From the NCBI GenBank assembly GCA_965204535.1, contig OZ241996.1:736001-800000 (forward strand): a DNA stretch of 64,000 nt. Direction: 5' to 3'. The translations under genes and the position numbers were made by a program. The notes beneath the pieces were generated by a model. It ran no database searches and was not told the origin of the DNA. It saw only the letters and a list, made by a program, of their open reading frames with translations. The DNA is from a bacterium. Its GTDB lineage: Bacteria; UBA8248. Positions 9,466 to 20,455 of this stretch are shown here, one piece after another. The first letter of the stretch is position 1. The number at the start of each line of letters is the position of its first letter.

Positions 9466-9832
9466 CGCCGCCCGGCGGCGCGGCCCGTCGCTTCCCGTGT
9501 CGTTCGTCTGCTTGTGATGTAAAGCGCAAGCTGCAGCGCCTTGTGCGCCCGCTGCTTGTAAATCCAGGCGCAAGCTCCGGCACCCTCACTCCCTCTTGCC
9601 ACTCGCTCTGTCCGCTCAAGCGCCGCGGCGGCTCCCGCTCGCCAGTCTCTCCGGCGCCGGTTCCCCCATCTCTCGTTCTCACGAATTCGGCAATCTGACG
9701 CCCTTCGGCGCTTCGGGTTTCACACCGGACGCATCGCTGATGCTGGTGTCGCGTGGGCTGCGAATGACTGCGATCTCCAACACCTGGCTTTTACGGTTCA
9801 TCCCCCCGCGCACCCCCGTCGTGCCGAAACAA

Positions 9833-9991
9833 GTAATACCAATCTGGTATCACGCTATCTCTTTGAAATCCCTGCGCTTAAAAATGGCGTATGCTCATTG
9901 TAATACGATGTAATACGGGGGTTTTCTGCAAGATACCAGATTGGTAGTACCCGGAGGTGCGCTGCGCTATGATGGCTACCATTTTGGTAGT
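9833..9991. promoter_or_regulatory. Inverted/direct repeat cluster upstream of the RHH gene (operator or oriT candidate)
   Basis: Perfect 15-bp IR TACCAATCTGGTATC (9837-9851) / GATACCAGATTGGTA (9932-9946); TGTAATACG twice between them; CTACCATTTTGGTAG palindrome downstream. Confidence 0.5.
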
Positions 9992-10121
9992 TCATGAAAC
10001 GGCGTCGCGGGTATGATTTTTGGGAGCTCGGCGGATGCGTTTGGTGCAAGAAATGAGAATTTTTGCGGCCGTTTTGCGACTAGAACGGATGAAAATCTTG
10101 TTGATAGGAGCGGCGAAACGA

Positions 10122-10412
10122 ATGGTTCAGACAATACAGAAGAACATCAGAGTCACGCCCGAACAGTGGAAACGAATTGAAAATGAGGCCGAAAAGCGCG
10201 AAATGTCGCCCAACCGGCTGGTAGTAGAGTTCGTGATGGAAGCCCTGGAGCGCCGCGAATGGCCCCACACAGAGGCGGAAATCCACCTGCTTCGCTCCGC
10301 CATGTTCACCACGCAGGCCATCATCCGCGACATGGAGAAGGCGGGACGAGACGAAGAAATCAAGCAAATCAGCCGGAATATCTCTGAAGTTGCGCCTGAA
10401 TTGCTAGGCTAA
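10122..10412 (+). CDS. Ribbon-helix-helix-like DNA-binding protein
   Basis: KNIRVTPEQWKRIENEAEKREMSPNRLVVEFV fits a strand-helix-helix pattern; GGAG RBS. Confidence 0.65.
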   Translation: MVQTIQKNIRVTPEQWKRIENEAEKREMSPNRLVVEFVMEALERREWPHTEAEIHLLRSAMFTTQAIIRDMEKAGRDEEIKQISRNISEVAPELLG

Positions 10413-11184
10413 TCGGAGAAGGGCCCGTGTGATTGGGCAGATTTGGCAAGTGAAGATGCGTAGGTAAAACCTCCGATGTCGGCAAGGACAAACACCAGCT
10501 AGGAAACGTGGATCATCTGGAAAGAATTTTCCTCTATGAGAAATTCGCGCCGAATAGCCATCGAATCGGCGACATCAGCGAAAATATCGCTACAGATATG
10601 TTCAGACTGACACCTCATCCTGCTCACTATGCATTTACCAAGACCGGTGAATAGATTTGTATTAAGTTGATACGAAATGATCGAGTGATGCTTTTTTGAT
10701 AAGAATCGAAACATTTACTCAACTAACACTTGGCCTAGAACTGTTCGATTGAAGTCCTTTTGGAAAGTTTTGGCATCAGGCGGAAATCGGGCAAAATGCT
10801 CAATAGTAGTCTGTCTATCTCGGGCTAAGGAGTATCTTGTTCAAGAATTCTTTGCCCTTTTAACAATGGAATATGCGAGATTCACGAGTTATACAATCAA
10901 GTAGTAGCTGGCAGAGGTTCCATGCTGAAATGTTCTGCTAATGGTTCAGGCATGTTAGTGTTCCGATGCATGCCGCTCGGCACGATATCTCCCTGCGACC
11001 GTGTGATACGGGGGGCAGTTTGCACTCAAGTAAAACGGATCGCGCACACGCAAACATCAACGAACGCGTAGGTAGCGAGGGTCGTCTCCGTAAATTATGC
11101 CTAGAATGTTGCGCGGGTCGGGGTGGTTTTGAAACCAATTGAATCCCGAAGGGCTCCCAATGCTCTCAACACAAGCCAAAAAGG

Positions 11185-11700
11185 ATGAAGATAATGGGCC
11201 GTGAGTTCTGGTGGCAAGTAGCTGCAAACATAGTCGGTGGACTTATACTGATAGCTATGGGGTGGTTTGCAAGAGAAATAAAGTGGAGAGAAATCTATGT
11301 GAGATTAACGAGTAAAAAAGGGCGAGAAAGAGCTAAAGGAATATGGGAGACAACAAAAGGACTAGGCATCCTCATAGGAATCTTGATAGGACTGTCAATC
11401 ATGTATAACAAAGTGGAACAACTCCAGAACGGCGTGATGGTTATATGCAAAAGCAACGAATGTGCAGAAGAAGAAATCCTGAGGGCGAAGATATGCAAAA
11501 CAGATGCGATGGCGTATGGAACAGAGATCACAGCGAATAGCTCAAGGAAAAAATTACCACAACCAGGAAGGGCAGTAAAAAACAAGTTTGAAACATGCAT
11601 ATTGAAAGAAGGACTAAATACAAGAAGATGTAGTCTGGATGAGCAGGGCTGCATCTACTTTCCACTACAACGTGGAGGGTACGGAGGAGGTCTGTTCTAG
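11185..11700 (+). CDS. Low-GC hypothetical membrane protein with Cys-rich C-terminal domain
   Basis: Two TM-like segments, six Cys in the C-terminal half, A-rich codons. Confidence 0.65.
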   Translation: MKIMGREFWWQVAANIVGGLILIAMGWFAREIKWREIYVRLTSKKGRERAKGIWETTKGLGILIGILIGLSIMYNKVEQLQNGVMVICKSNECAEEEILRAKICKTDAMAYGTEITANSSRKKLPQPGRAVKNKFETCILKEGLNTRRCSLDEQGCIYFPLQRGGYGGGLF

Positions 11701-11734
11701 TCATATTAGAGCAACGGTTTCTCAAGATAGAGTG

Positions 11735-11920
11735 GAGTTACTGTCAAATTTGCTGGATGGCTGTCGTGAATCCATCGGCCTTCCTGTCCATCTTTCCTTC
11801 AACCACCGCATCTATGAACTTCACATCGGCGAGCATGTCAGCCAGTAGATGGAGGCCGGGCAATCGGTCCTCCGCTAAGCACTCAACGACCCTGGGATAC
11901 TTCGCCTCCCAGGTGGCGAG
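11735..11920 (-). pseudogene. IS256 3'-end relic
   Basis: GAGTTACTGTCAAAT identical to 17329-17343; 25 bp at 11893-11917 identical to 17676-17700. Confidence 0.8.
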
Positions 11921-12127
11921 AAATTGATTGTGAGCACCTAAATGTCCTTGATCGGCATCTTAGGCTAGTCGAGCAGATTGAGCCGTTCTTCCTGTCGGAG
12001 TTGTCCGAAGACTATTCGGGAGGAGACAAACTGGCACTTCAGGCGCTGGAATGCTTCGACCTCACTTGTATGCAGAATTAGTGGGACGCGGAGCTGCATC
12101 TGATAGTCGCTGTATCAAGTGGCTTGT

Positions 12128-14238
12128 TCACCGAAGTGCCAAAAAACAGCAGAACTTGACCTTTTCTCCTGACCCACAGGGGCACATTTCATAGGGTTTT
12201 AAGTTATTGGCTTTGCATAGATCATCCAGCAGAAATCGGCTTCGCTTTCGCCAGCTAGCCACTCGTTCTTCCCCGTTACGAAGGTCGCCCCATACGGCAG
12301 GTCGAAGACGCGGGCCAGAGGCTCGCGTCATAAACAGCCCTGAGAGTTGATCCCGAGCTTGTTCAAGAACGGACATCGAGAGCGCTTGACGCAGTCCGGC
12401 ATTCACCGCCGTAATTACCTGCCCCCCTCGTTTGTCGCAAGGCGCTCTGCTACCTCGCGACGAAAACTCTTCCCACTGGCCGATTCCCTAAAGTGCAATA
12501 CTCCACGTAGCAGTTCTGGCTGCTCCTCGATCAAAGCACCCAGATCCGAATTAAACCGACCGGTCAAGACGTAGCTTGCCGCGTCGTCGGCCCACTCCGT
12601 CCCGGCAGAAGCGGAGAAAGCTACGCTCGCCAGCTTTTCACACCCCAAGAGTAGCCGCGTAGCGCTGGCGTTGGTTTGTTGACATATAACTCCCTTGCCT
12701 ACTACTCCAGCCAAGCGCAATACGGGAAAGACCAACCATCGTGGGACGGCGCCTCGCGGTGTTCCCCCGCTAATGCCCAAGAGTCGACGAATGGAGGGAT
12801 GCATCATGGCACTGCGAGTTCTGTCCGACACTTGATCTGTCTTTAGCGCATGCGTCAGATCGACTGAAGACGACTCAAGCATGTCCATCTGTCTTTCCGC
12901 TATTTCTTCTTTGCCCGGTATGGGCGTCAGATGCCGACGAATTCTCTCGGCGACCGTCATCTCCTCGAACGACTCTGTGGAACTAGCCCTAGAGCCCAAC
13001 CTGATTTCCTTTATATGGCCTACCAGAGCGCCCGGTTCCGGAAAGACCACGACGGGTTCTGGCGGTGGGATGACCAGCCGTATCGCCCCGGCTTCGACGA
13101 ACTCCCAAAACCAAGCTGAACCCAGCAGGTTGTGCAACTTTCCCAAGTGGCCGATCGACAGGCAAATCACATCGAAACAGACCAAACCGACGACGATATC
13201 GTGCAATGCCGAGTAGTCGTGAAGAACCACTTCGCCATCTACATAGCCTTCACCGATGATAAGTTCCCGCGTTCCCGAACTGTTCTCCGCGGTCACCGTT
13301 TGCGACGTGGTGAACTTACCCGGAGGTAGTAACTCTCCAATGAAGCAGATGCTCTCACCGTTGCGTTCCTCAATCCCGGTATCCCCCGGAGTTGATGTGG
13401 TCGGACCTGGCTGAGGCCTGATGTCCGCAACGGCTTCAAGTGTCAACAATGCGCTTCGATGGTCCGGCGGGTCGGCGACATAACTGATACGTCTCACACC
13501 TAGAGGAATTTCGGACGATCCTTCCGGAGTGACGATGAAATGCGGACCCGTTCCAAATAGCGGATGGGTTGTCGAACTGTGTTGAAGGGCGGAAATCACG
13601 TGTTGGTCTTGGAAACCATAGCCTAGAAACAGAACCGTTGAATTGGAGAGGACCGAGTGAAGAGAATTCAGGAACGGGATGTCAATTTGAATATCGTCGT
13701 AGTCCTGTTTGGAGAACACCATGGTCTCGACCGCGCTGATCGAACCATGCAGCTTGCATATGAACGCCCTGCCTTCGGCTAGGAGTTGCCGCATACGTTC
13801 GGCGTCGGACCGTTGAACGGTCTCCCGTCCGATTAGGTGATGCTCGAGGGATTCGTCAACGTTGGTGGTCACGATGCCCGTCGGCTTGACCTGCTCCAAT
13901 GCATGCAGCATTCGTCTATAAACAGGGGTTGGTTGCCGATACGAAAAAGCGTCAAGGAGACAAGAGAAATAGAGCTCTGAATCGCATGTCCGCATCTCCT
14001 GAAAAAGCTTTGGGTATGCTTCCGCCGCCAATAGAGCCGAGGTAGTGTTCTTGGAGTAGGTGCTCACCTCTCTTGTAAACCGCCTGTGCATCTGTTCGGC
14101 GAGCTCGCGCCACAATGGGTAGCCCATCCACGCACTAGTGCCAGCACCCAGCCAGACAACTAGAGGACCGCCGCGACTCCGAATCGCCGAATCGAGGGCG
14201 TTTAGGGCATTGAACGTCTCTTGATCTTCGCAGAACAT
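12128..14238 (-). CDS. SIR2-like protein with C-terminal SEC-C motif, split by a frameshift in a G6 run
   Basis: GAGTS, TTNVD, KLHGS, LFLGYGFQD motifs; ORF stops at 12415 and the downstream frame ends in CPCGSGEKVKFCC; one extra G at 12422-12427 joins them. Confidence 0.8.
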
Positions 14239-14860
14239 GGTTAATTCCTTGGACTATCTGTAGGCGCTTGCGATCATCGGGTTTTGCTCACACGATCTCC
14301 CCTCAATAATTTTATCACTAGATATGAGAGTTCTGGAACCATGGATGAAGGGCGAAGCGGAGCGAAACCCGGAGGCCATGGTTCCTATGTTTCAGGTCCT
14401 AATAAGTTATGCTGCCTGATCCTGTTGTAGATATGCTGTTTTCGCTCCACGAAGAGCCATAGCCCAAAGCCGTACATTGCGTCCACGCAGTCAGGATACC
14501 CGCCGGGGAGAATAGCGGGCCCGCCAGCGGGCCAGGACCGAGCCTGAGCGCTTCCTGGGGTCCCTAGTCTCGACTACGGCGAGAAATTCAGTGGTTCCCA
14601 CGTTCGGACTGTACCAGCAACGAAGTGCATTGGCAGCGGAGGTGTATTTCGGTTCGATTGCAAGATGGAAACTGGATATCAGCAATAAGGGGGCCGTGCA
14701 TAGCTTCTATAAATTTCGGGAGACGTAAACCGTGCAAATTCGAAAAATACTAGGTCAAAAGCGCTTCAACAATACCCTTAGCTACAGCCATAGCACAAGA
14801 ATCCTCTTGAAATTGAGAAAAAGAAGCTGGGGATCTATTCATTCTTGAGCGATATATTTT

Positions 14861-16203
14861 AGGTCAAGTCCTGTAGATGCTGGATAATTTCTTAGGGCGC
14901 ATATCGGCCGAGGGCTGCCTGATGTCGTTTTCCGCCTCGTAGTTCTGGTCCAGTTCCCTTCTGAGGGCGTCCATCTGGCGGCGCTCGAAGCCGGTGACCC
15001 TGAGCGCCCGCCATCGCTCCGAAGCCCGGATCATGGCGGCGAACATGAGCTTGAGCACCGGCTTTTCCCCGAAGGCGTTGGGAATGATCTTCATCCGCCT
15101 CCGCTCCTCGACGAACAGGCGCTCGAGCAGGTTCGTGGTGCGCACGGCGCGGCGGTGGTTGACGGGCGCCCGCAGATGCGCGATGCAGGCTTCGAAGTCG
15201 TCGCGGAAGCACGCCACGGCGCCGGGCAGTTCGGACTCGTAGTCCCTGACTATCCCTTCGGCCAGTTCCCGGGCGATGGCGCGCGAGGTTCCTCATCCGG
15301 TGCGCCAGGCAGCGTTGCCGCTCCGAGCGCGGGAAGCAGGTCTCGATCGCCTTGACGATGCCGGGCGCTCCGTCGCTGACCACCAGCAAAGGGTCGCCCA
15401 GGCCGCGGGCGCGCATGTCGTGGAAGAACGCGCTCACCGTCTCGGCGTCTTCTTTCGAACCCGCCATCAGGTGCAGGAGAACCTTCGCGCCGTTCGCCGT
15501 GAATCCCCAGGCCGCCAGAACCGGCTCGCGCCTGCTCCCCGGGCGGATACGTTCCGCAATCCCGTCGATGAACAGATAGACGACCTCGTGCTCGCCCAGG
15601 TCCCTTGACGCGAACTCCTGGTAGTCTTCCCAGAGGCGTTCGCCGAGTTCGGAGACCGCCGTGCGCGAGAGCAGAAGACGACCGCTCTCGTCGGTGAAGA
15701 CGTCTTCGATGTCGCGCACCGACAGGCCGCGCGCCAGAAGCTCCACCGCCAGCCCCTCGAGCGCCTCGGTGCGCCCCTTGAGGCCCTCGCGTATCTCGGA
15801 GCGGAACCCTTCCTCGCGCCCGGCAATCTGAGGCGCCGCGTACTCGATGAACCCTTCGGCCGTCTTCAGACGACCCGGGCGGTGACCGTTGCGGTAGCCC
15901 TGGCCGGGCTTCGCGCCGTGTTCGTAGTACTCCCGGCCCAAAGCGTCGTGGCTCTCCGCCTCCAGCGCCTCTTCCACGATGAGCCGCGTGGCGAGCTTCA
16001 CCAGATCGGCTCGCGCATCGGGACTCGACAGACGGCCTTCGATCAAGTCGGACAGGGATTGGCGGGTATGTATCGATGCCTGTATTCTCTTCTTCATGGG
16101 GTTGCCTCCTCGGTGGGACGCCGGCGCTCACCGGCACGGGTTCATGGTTCCTCCGCCGAGGATGCACCCCTCCAAAGTTTCCAGCAAGTTTAGGACTTAA
16201 CCC
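14861..16203 (-). mobile_element. IS256-family element with frameshifted transposase (14864-16096)
   Basis: IRs GGTCAAGTCCTGTAGATGCTGGA vs GGTTAAGTCCTAAACTTGCTGGA; YRNG, LFIDG, VVSDG, QRCLAH and RTTNLLER motifs split over two frames near 15280. Confidence 0.85.
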
Positions 16204-16635
16204 TCTTTCTCCCCTTCTTCAAGATGAATCGTTTGCATCGCTTTTATTCGGCTCTTGCTATTCATCCCTTGCTTTCAGCCCTAACTTTTGCTGCCGCTTT
16301 AACTCTTGCTATCGCTTGGGATGTTAATAGCTTGTGCTAAACGGAATTGGGAGTCCCGTCTTTAACCACACCTGTAAAGCTTTCAAGCAACGTTAGTAGC
16401 GTTGCAAAGGTAGAAATCCCCGCCTCTTGCCAGAGACTATAGTAATATGAAGAATTCTTCGGAGCTACTAAGAGGTACTTCTAATCAGTTTATATTACTC
16501 CAGTGTCGGTTAAATCAATACGCGGCCTACAGAGTTGGCTACAAAGATTTTCTTCTTTATTGCTGGAGATAGTATAGGTCTTTACATAAAATTCTGTAAG
16601 TTTTTTGAAGAGTTTTATCAAGAAGGATTCAAAAC

Positions 16636-17322
16636 ATGAAACTAGGAACAAATGCAATTCAGTTGTTTTTACAATTTTTTGGTTGGTTTATTTCCACCGA
16701 TCTTATTTGGAATTTTTCAGGGTTTAAAACCAAGCTTAAACTTGCCATACCTCTACTTGAACCTTTCTTTCCAGCCATATCTGTTGCGTTGATTTTTACA
16801 CTTATTGCAATACATTATGGCAAAATTCTCTCGTTGTTTTTTGCTTCAGTAAGATTCCATTCATATTATGAAAAACTACTCGAATGGAGCGATCATGTTA
16901 ACGGAAGAAAACCAAGGGCAGAATCATCTTATTCTTTGTCATACGATGCCTCAAAACAAATAATAGACGTATGTCAAAGATTCAATATCCCTTACCCGAC
17001 ACCCATAGAAAAAGTGGATTTTAAAGCAATGTCTTTTTATGGTGATGAAAAAGCGGATGAGGAAAGATTAGAGATATGGGGTATCTTTGCTGACGATATT
17101 GCACGTTGCGCCAGCAACAAGAATTTGCATAAAGCACAAGAAATTTTAATGAATGAAGATGAGAGAGCAAAAGCAGCTTTGACTAGAAAAAAGCGACTTA
17201 ATCACCTTACTATATGTATCGTTTTGTTAACCATTTTGTTAGTCATTCTGATCAGTATGATCATTAAAAAATGGGATGTTTGGGTATATTTGTTTAATCT
17301 AACATTTAAGGCGGCAAGGTAA
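16636..17322 (+). CDS. Low-GC hypothetical membrane protein between two IS256 copies
   Basis: 228-aa AT-rich ORF with N- and C-terminal TM segments. Confidence 0.7.
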   Translation: MKLGTNAIQLFLQFFGWFISTDLIWNFSGFKTKLKLAIPLLEPFFPAISVALIFTLIAIHYGKILSLFFASVRFHSYYEKLLEWSDHVNGRKPRAESSYSLSYDASKQIIDVCQRFNIPYPTPIEKVDFKAMSFYGDEKADEERLEIWGIFADDIARCASNKNLHKAQEILMNEDERAKAALTRKKRLNHLTICIVLLTILLVILISMIIKKWDVWVYLFNLTFKAAR

Positions 17323-17328
17323 TTTCCT

Positions 17329-18741
17329 GAGTTACTGTCAAATGTTGTGTATGGCCGTCCTGAATCCAGCGACCTTCCTGCCCGTTTCTATTTCGTTCAC
17401 TCCATCGACGAACCTCACGTCGGCGATTACGTCGGCCAGATGACGGAAGCCGCGTAGCCGGCGCCATCGCTTCTCGGCGCTCATGGCGAGCTGATGCACG
17501 AGGCACAGCGCCGTCTTCTCACTCAAGCAGTTCCTGGTCTTCGCCGTTCGCAAGCGAATGGTGGCGAAGGTCGACTCGATGGGGTTCGTCGTCCGTAGAT
17601 GCCCCCAGTGCGCCGCCGGGAAGTCGTAGAAGGCGAGCAACTCCTCCCGGTCTCTCGCCAAGCATTCGGCCGCCTTGGGATACTTCGCCTCCCAGGTGGC
17701 ACAGAAGCGTTCGAACGCCTTGTGCGCATTCATCCGGGTGTCGGCCCGCCAAATCTCGTGCAGCATCGACTTCGCTTCGCCCTGAACGCATTTGGGCAGC
17801 TTGTTGAGCACGTTCGCCGTCTTGTGAACCCAGCAGCGCTGCGCCCGCGTCTCGGGATACACCTCGGCCAGAGCCGACCAGAACCCTAATCCCCCGTTGC
17901 CCACGGCGAGCTTCGCCGCCTTTACGCCCCGGTCCCGCAGGCTCAACAGAACCGCTTTCCAACTCTCCTTCGATTCCCGGAACCCCGCCTCCAAGGCCAG
18001 GAAGTGCTTGCGGCCACGCACGTCGCACCCCACCACCACCAAAAGACAGCGCCGCTCCTCGCCACGCACGTTCACGTAGATGCCGTCCGCCCACAGATAC
18101 GCGAACTCCTCGCCATGCCATTCCCGCTCACGCCACTCGGCGTACTCACGCTCCCAGCCGCTCTTGAGCCGCGCGATCGTCGCCGGAGACAAACCCCCCA
18201 CCGATTCGCCAAACAGCGCCGTGAGCGCCTCGCCGAAGTCGTTCGTCGATATCCCCTTCAGGTACAGCCACGGAATTACCGCCTCCACACGCCTCGCCTT
18301 CTTCAAATACGGCGGCAGCAACTCCGAGCGGAAACACCGCCCCGCCCCGGACCTGTCCCGCGTCCGCGGAACACGAACCCGCACCGGCCCGATTCCCGTC
18401 AAAATCTCCCGTGACACCAAATAGCTGTTGCGGTAGCCCTGGCCGGGCTTCGCTCCATGCTCGTAGTACTCCCCGCCCAGCGCGTCGTGGCTCTCCGCCT
18501 CGAGCGCTTCCTCCACGATGAGTCGCGTGGCCAGCTCCACCAGGTCGCCCCCGCATCCGATGTCGACAGACGACCTTCGATCAGGGCGGACAGGGTCTGA
18601 CGTGTATGCTCCGATGCCTGTATTCTCTTCTGCATAGGAGTGCCTCCTCGGTTGGATGCCGACGCTTACCGGCACGGTTTTGTGATGCCTCTGCCGAGGA
18701 TGCACCCCTCCAATGTTTCCAGCAAGTTTAGGATTTTACCG
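17329..18741 (-). mobile_element. Chimeric IS256-family element, frameshifted near its 5' end
   Basis: 18430-18741 resembles 15890-16203; the rest is a different IS256 transposase (LWADG, QRCWVH, RTTNPIES); the usual VSDG Asp reads VGNG. Confidence 0.8.
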
Positions 18742-18920
18742 GCAACGCCGTTGGAATTCACCAAACGCCTCTATACGGGCGTCAAAACAGGATTTGAGCA
18801 AGAATACCCCGCCTTCTTCAATTCAGCACATACACGAGAACTGAACGTATGTTCTTGACACTTATCCCTTTAGCTTGGTAGCAATGCCTCTTGATGAAAT
18901 TTCCAAGCGGGAGGGTTTTA

Positions 18921-19406
18921 ATGCGTTATCTATTTATTGTTTTATGTCTGATTCTTCTTCCCACCCCTGCATTTCCAAATGAGCAATTGGATATAGAAGC
19001 AGTCGAGAAACATTTGCAGCTTGAAAAAGAAGCTCTTCAAATTTACAAGCGAGCAAAAAAACGCGCAGAAAATGCGGTTAAAAAATCTTCACTAGGACGC
19101 GAAATTTCACGGCTTCTTGAGGTGCCGAATGATGAAACAAAAAAAATCACGAAAGGCAAACCTGAGCTGAATTTTGACAAATTACGCAAATCACTACGTA
19201 ATATTATGAAAGTTCATGGGGTCGAAAAAAAATTTGCTAAATTTGTTCGTATAATGACATATAAATTCTTTGGCGATGAAATCAGGGAACTAGGTGAAAA
19301 AAAACGAAACGCATTATTGCGTATTTATGAACAACTACGGCTCTCAGATATCGAGCAGGAACTGTCATATCTTGAGGCTGAAATGGAGTTTTTAAAAGCT
19401 CGGTGA
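18921..19406 (+). CDS. Hypothetical exported helical protein
   Basis: Signal-peptide-like MRYLFIVLCLILLPTPAFP; GGAGG RBS; low GC. Confidence 0.65.
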   Translation: MRYLFIVLCLILLPTPAFPNEQLDIEAVEKHLQLEKEALQIYKRAKKRAENAVKKSSLGREISRLLEVPNDETKKITKGKPELNFDKLRKSLRNIMKVHGVEKKFAKFVRIMTYKFFGDEIRELGEKKRNALLRIYEQLRLSDIEQELSYLEAEMEFLKAR

Positions 19407-19503
19407 TATGACACATAGGAGATGCGCTACTCCCGGGCAAGCCATGAACCCGGTACCGTACTCGACCAAGGCGGATGCGTTCAGGGTCAAGTCCTACTTG
19501 ACC

Positions 19504-19775
19504 TTACGTAGCCGCCGCAAAGCTCGGAGGACTGTCGAGGTCAGTAGCAAGACTGTCCGCAACCCGCTCGGCCGCGGCCTTCACCGAGTCCCGCGCAAGG
19601 TGTGCGTAGCGGGCAGTGGTCTGGACTTTGCGACGGCCGAGGAGCTTGCCGATCATCGGCAGGCTTTCGCCGACGGAGAGCGCCCGCGAGGCGTAGCTGT
19701 GCCGCAGATCGTAAATGCGCACGTCTTCCAGTCCCGCCTTTTTGTGGACCACCCCCACGTCGCGTTCAGGTTGCT
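19504..19775 (-). pseudogene. Tyrosine integrase C-terminal remnant
   Basis: IYDLRHSYASRAL..LLGR..TTARYAHL, homologous to the 27535-29864 integrases, with both catalytic-motif His altered. Confidence 0.85.
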
Positions 19776-19932
19776 CAGACGGGCGCCGGGCGCGCATCGT
19801 GGAGTTGAAAACCATGTTTCGCCAAGTCGATGCCGATCATGGGGACCTGTTCCATCTCGTTCCTCCCGCAGGGCGGCGAACTATGTCAACTCGCCCAGTT
19901 TGATGGCACCGGGAAGTCGCGTCCACCCCATC
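19775..19932 (-). pseudogene. IS110/IS1111 left end plus transposase N-terminal stub
   Basis: Minus frame from 19855 reads MEQVPMIGIDLAKHGFQLH; the end reads GATGGGGTGGACGC. Confidence 0.75.
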
Positions 19933-20386
19933 GGATACCGCCAGGGCCTCCCTGGGATACGCACGAGTTATAATGAATCCGCTTTCTGCTTGATTACGGG
20001 TTGTGAAAGGCGCATTCCATCAAAAATGGACATATTATTTAATATCAACAAGATAAATGGATTTTTCCGTTGCCGGAAACAGCTTGAAAAATCTAATTTA
20101 TCGGCTCCCTATAATATCTAACAAACCAACAAGCACACCGTCCATGCCTCAAGAATAGGAACGACTGCGGGGGTGCGGGAGACTAGAAAACCGTTACAGC
20201 CCTAGAAAGGAAGAGCAGGTCATTGCAGGCCTCAAGTACTCCTGTGTCGTTTGGCGGTAGGTTGTCGATGATGCTCGATACCTCGCAGTTAATTGTGCCG
20301 GAATCATGCATGAGGTGCTCCAATATGGCATAGTTCTGTAAGGCTACCTGTAAGCCTTTGGATGCCTACGGACTATATTTGCTGCA

Positions 20387-20438
20387 CAGTGAATTTTCAT
20401 ATTGCAGTGAATATATGCTATAAATGCGATATTTACTG
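20387..20438 (+). promoter_or_regulatory. Candidate promoter/operator of the AbiE-like operon
   Basis: CAGTGAAT twice; inverted pair CAGTGAATAT (20405-20414) / ATATTTACTG (20429-20438) in an AT-rich stretch. Confidence 0.45.
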
Positions 20439-20455
20439 TACAGAAAAAAGGCAGA

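Noticed and set aside
10413-11180. Short ORFs in the low-GC spacer (10499-10714, 10938-11138)
   Set aside because: No recognisable motifs or RBS; probably decayed sequence
14335-14385. GGAACCATGG/CCATGGTTCC inverted repeat upstream of the SIR2 gene as a retron-like ncRNA
   Set aside because: Only one short stem, and no reverse transcriptase in the window
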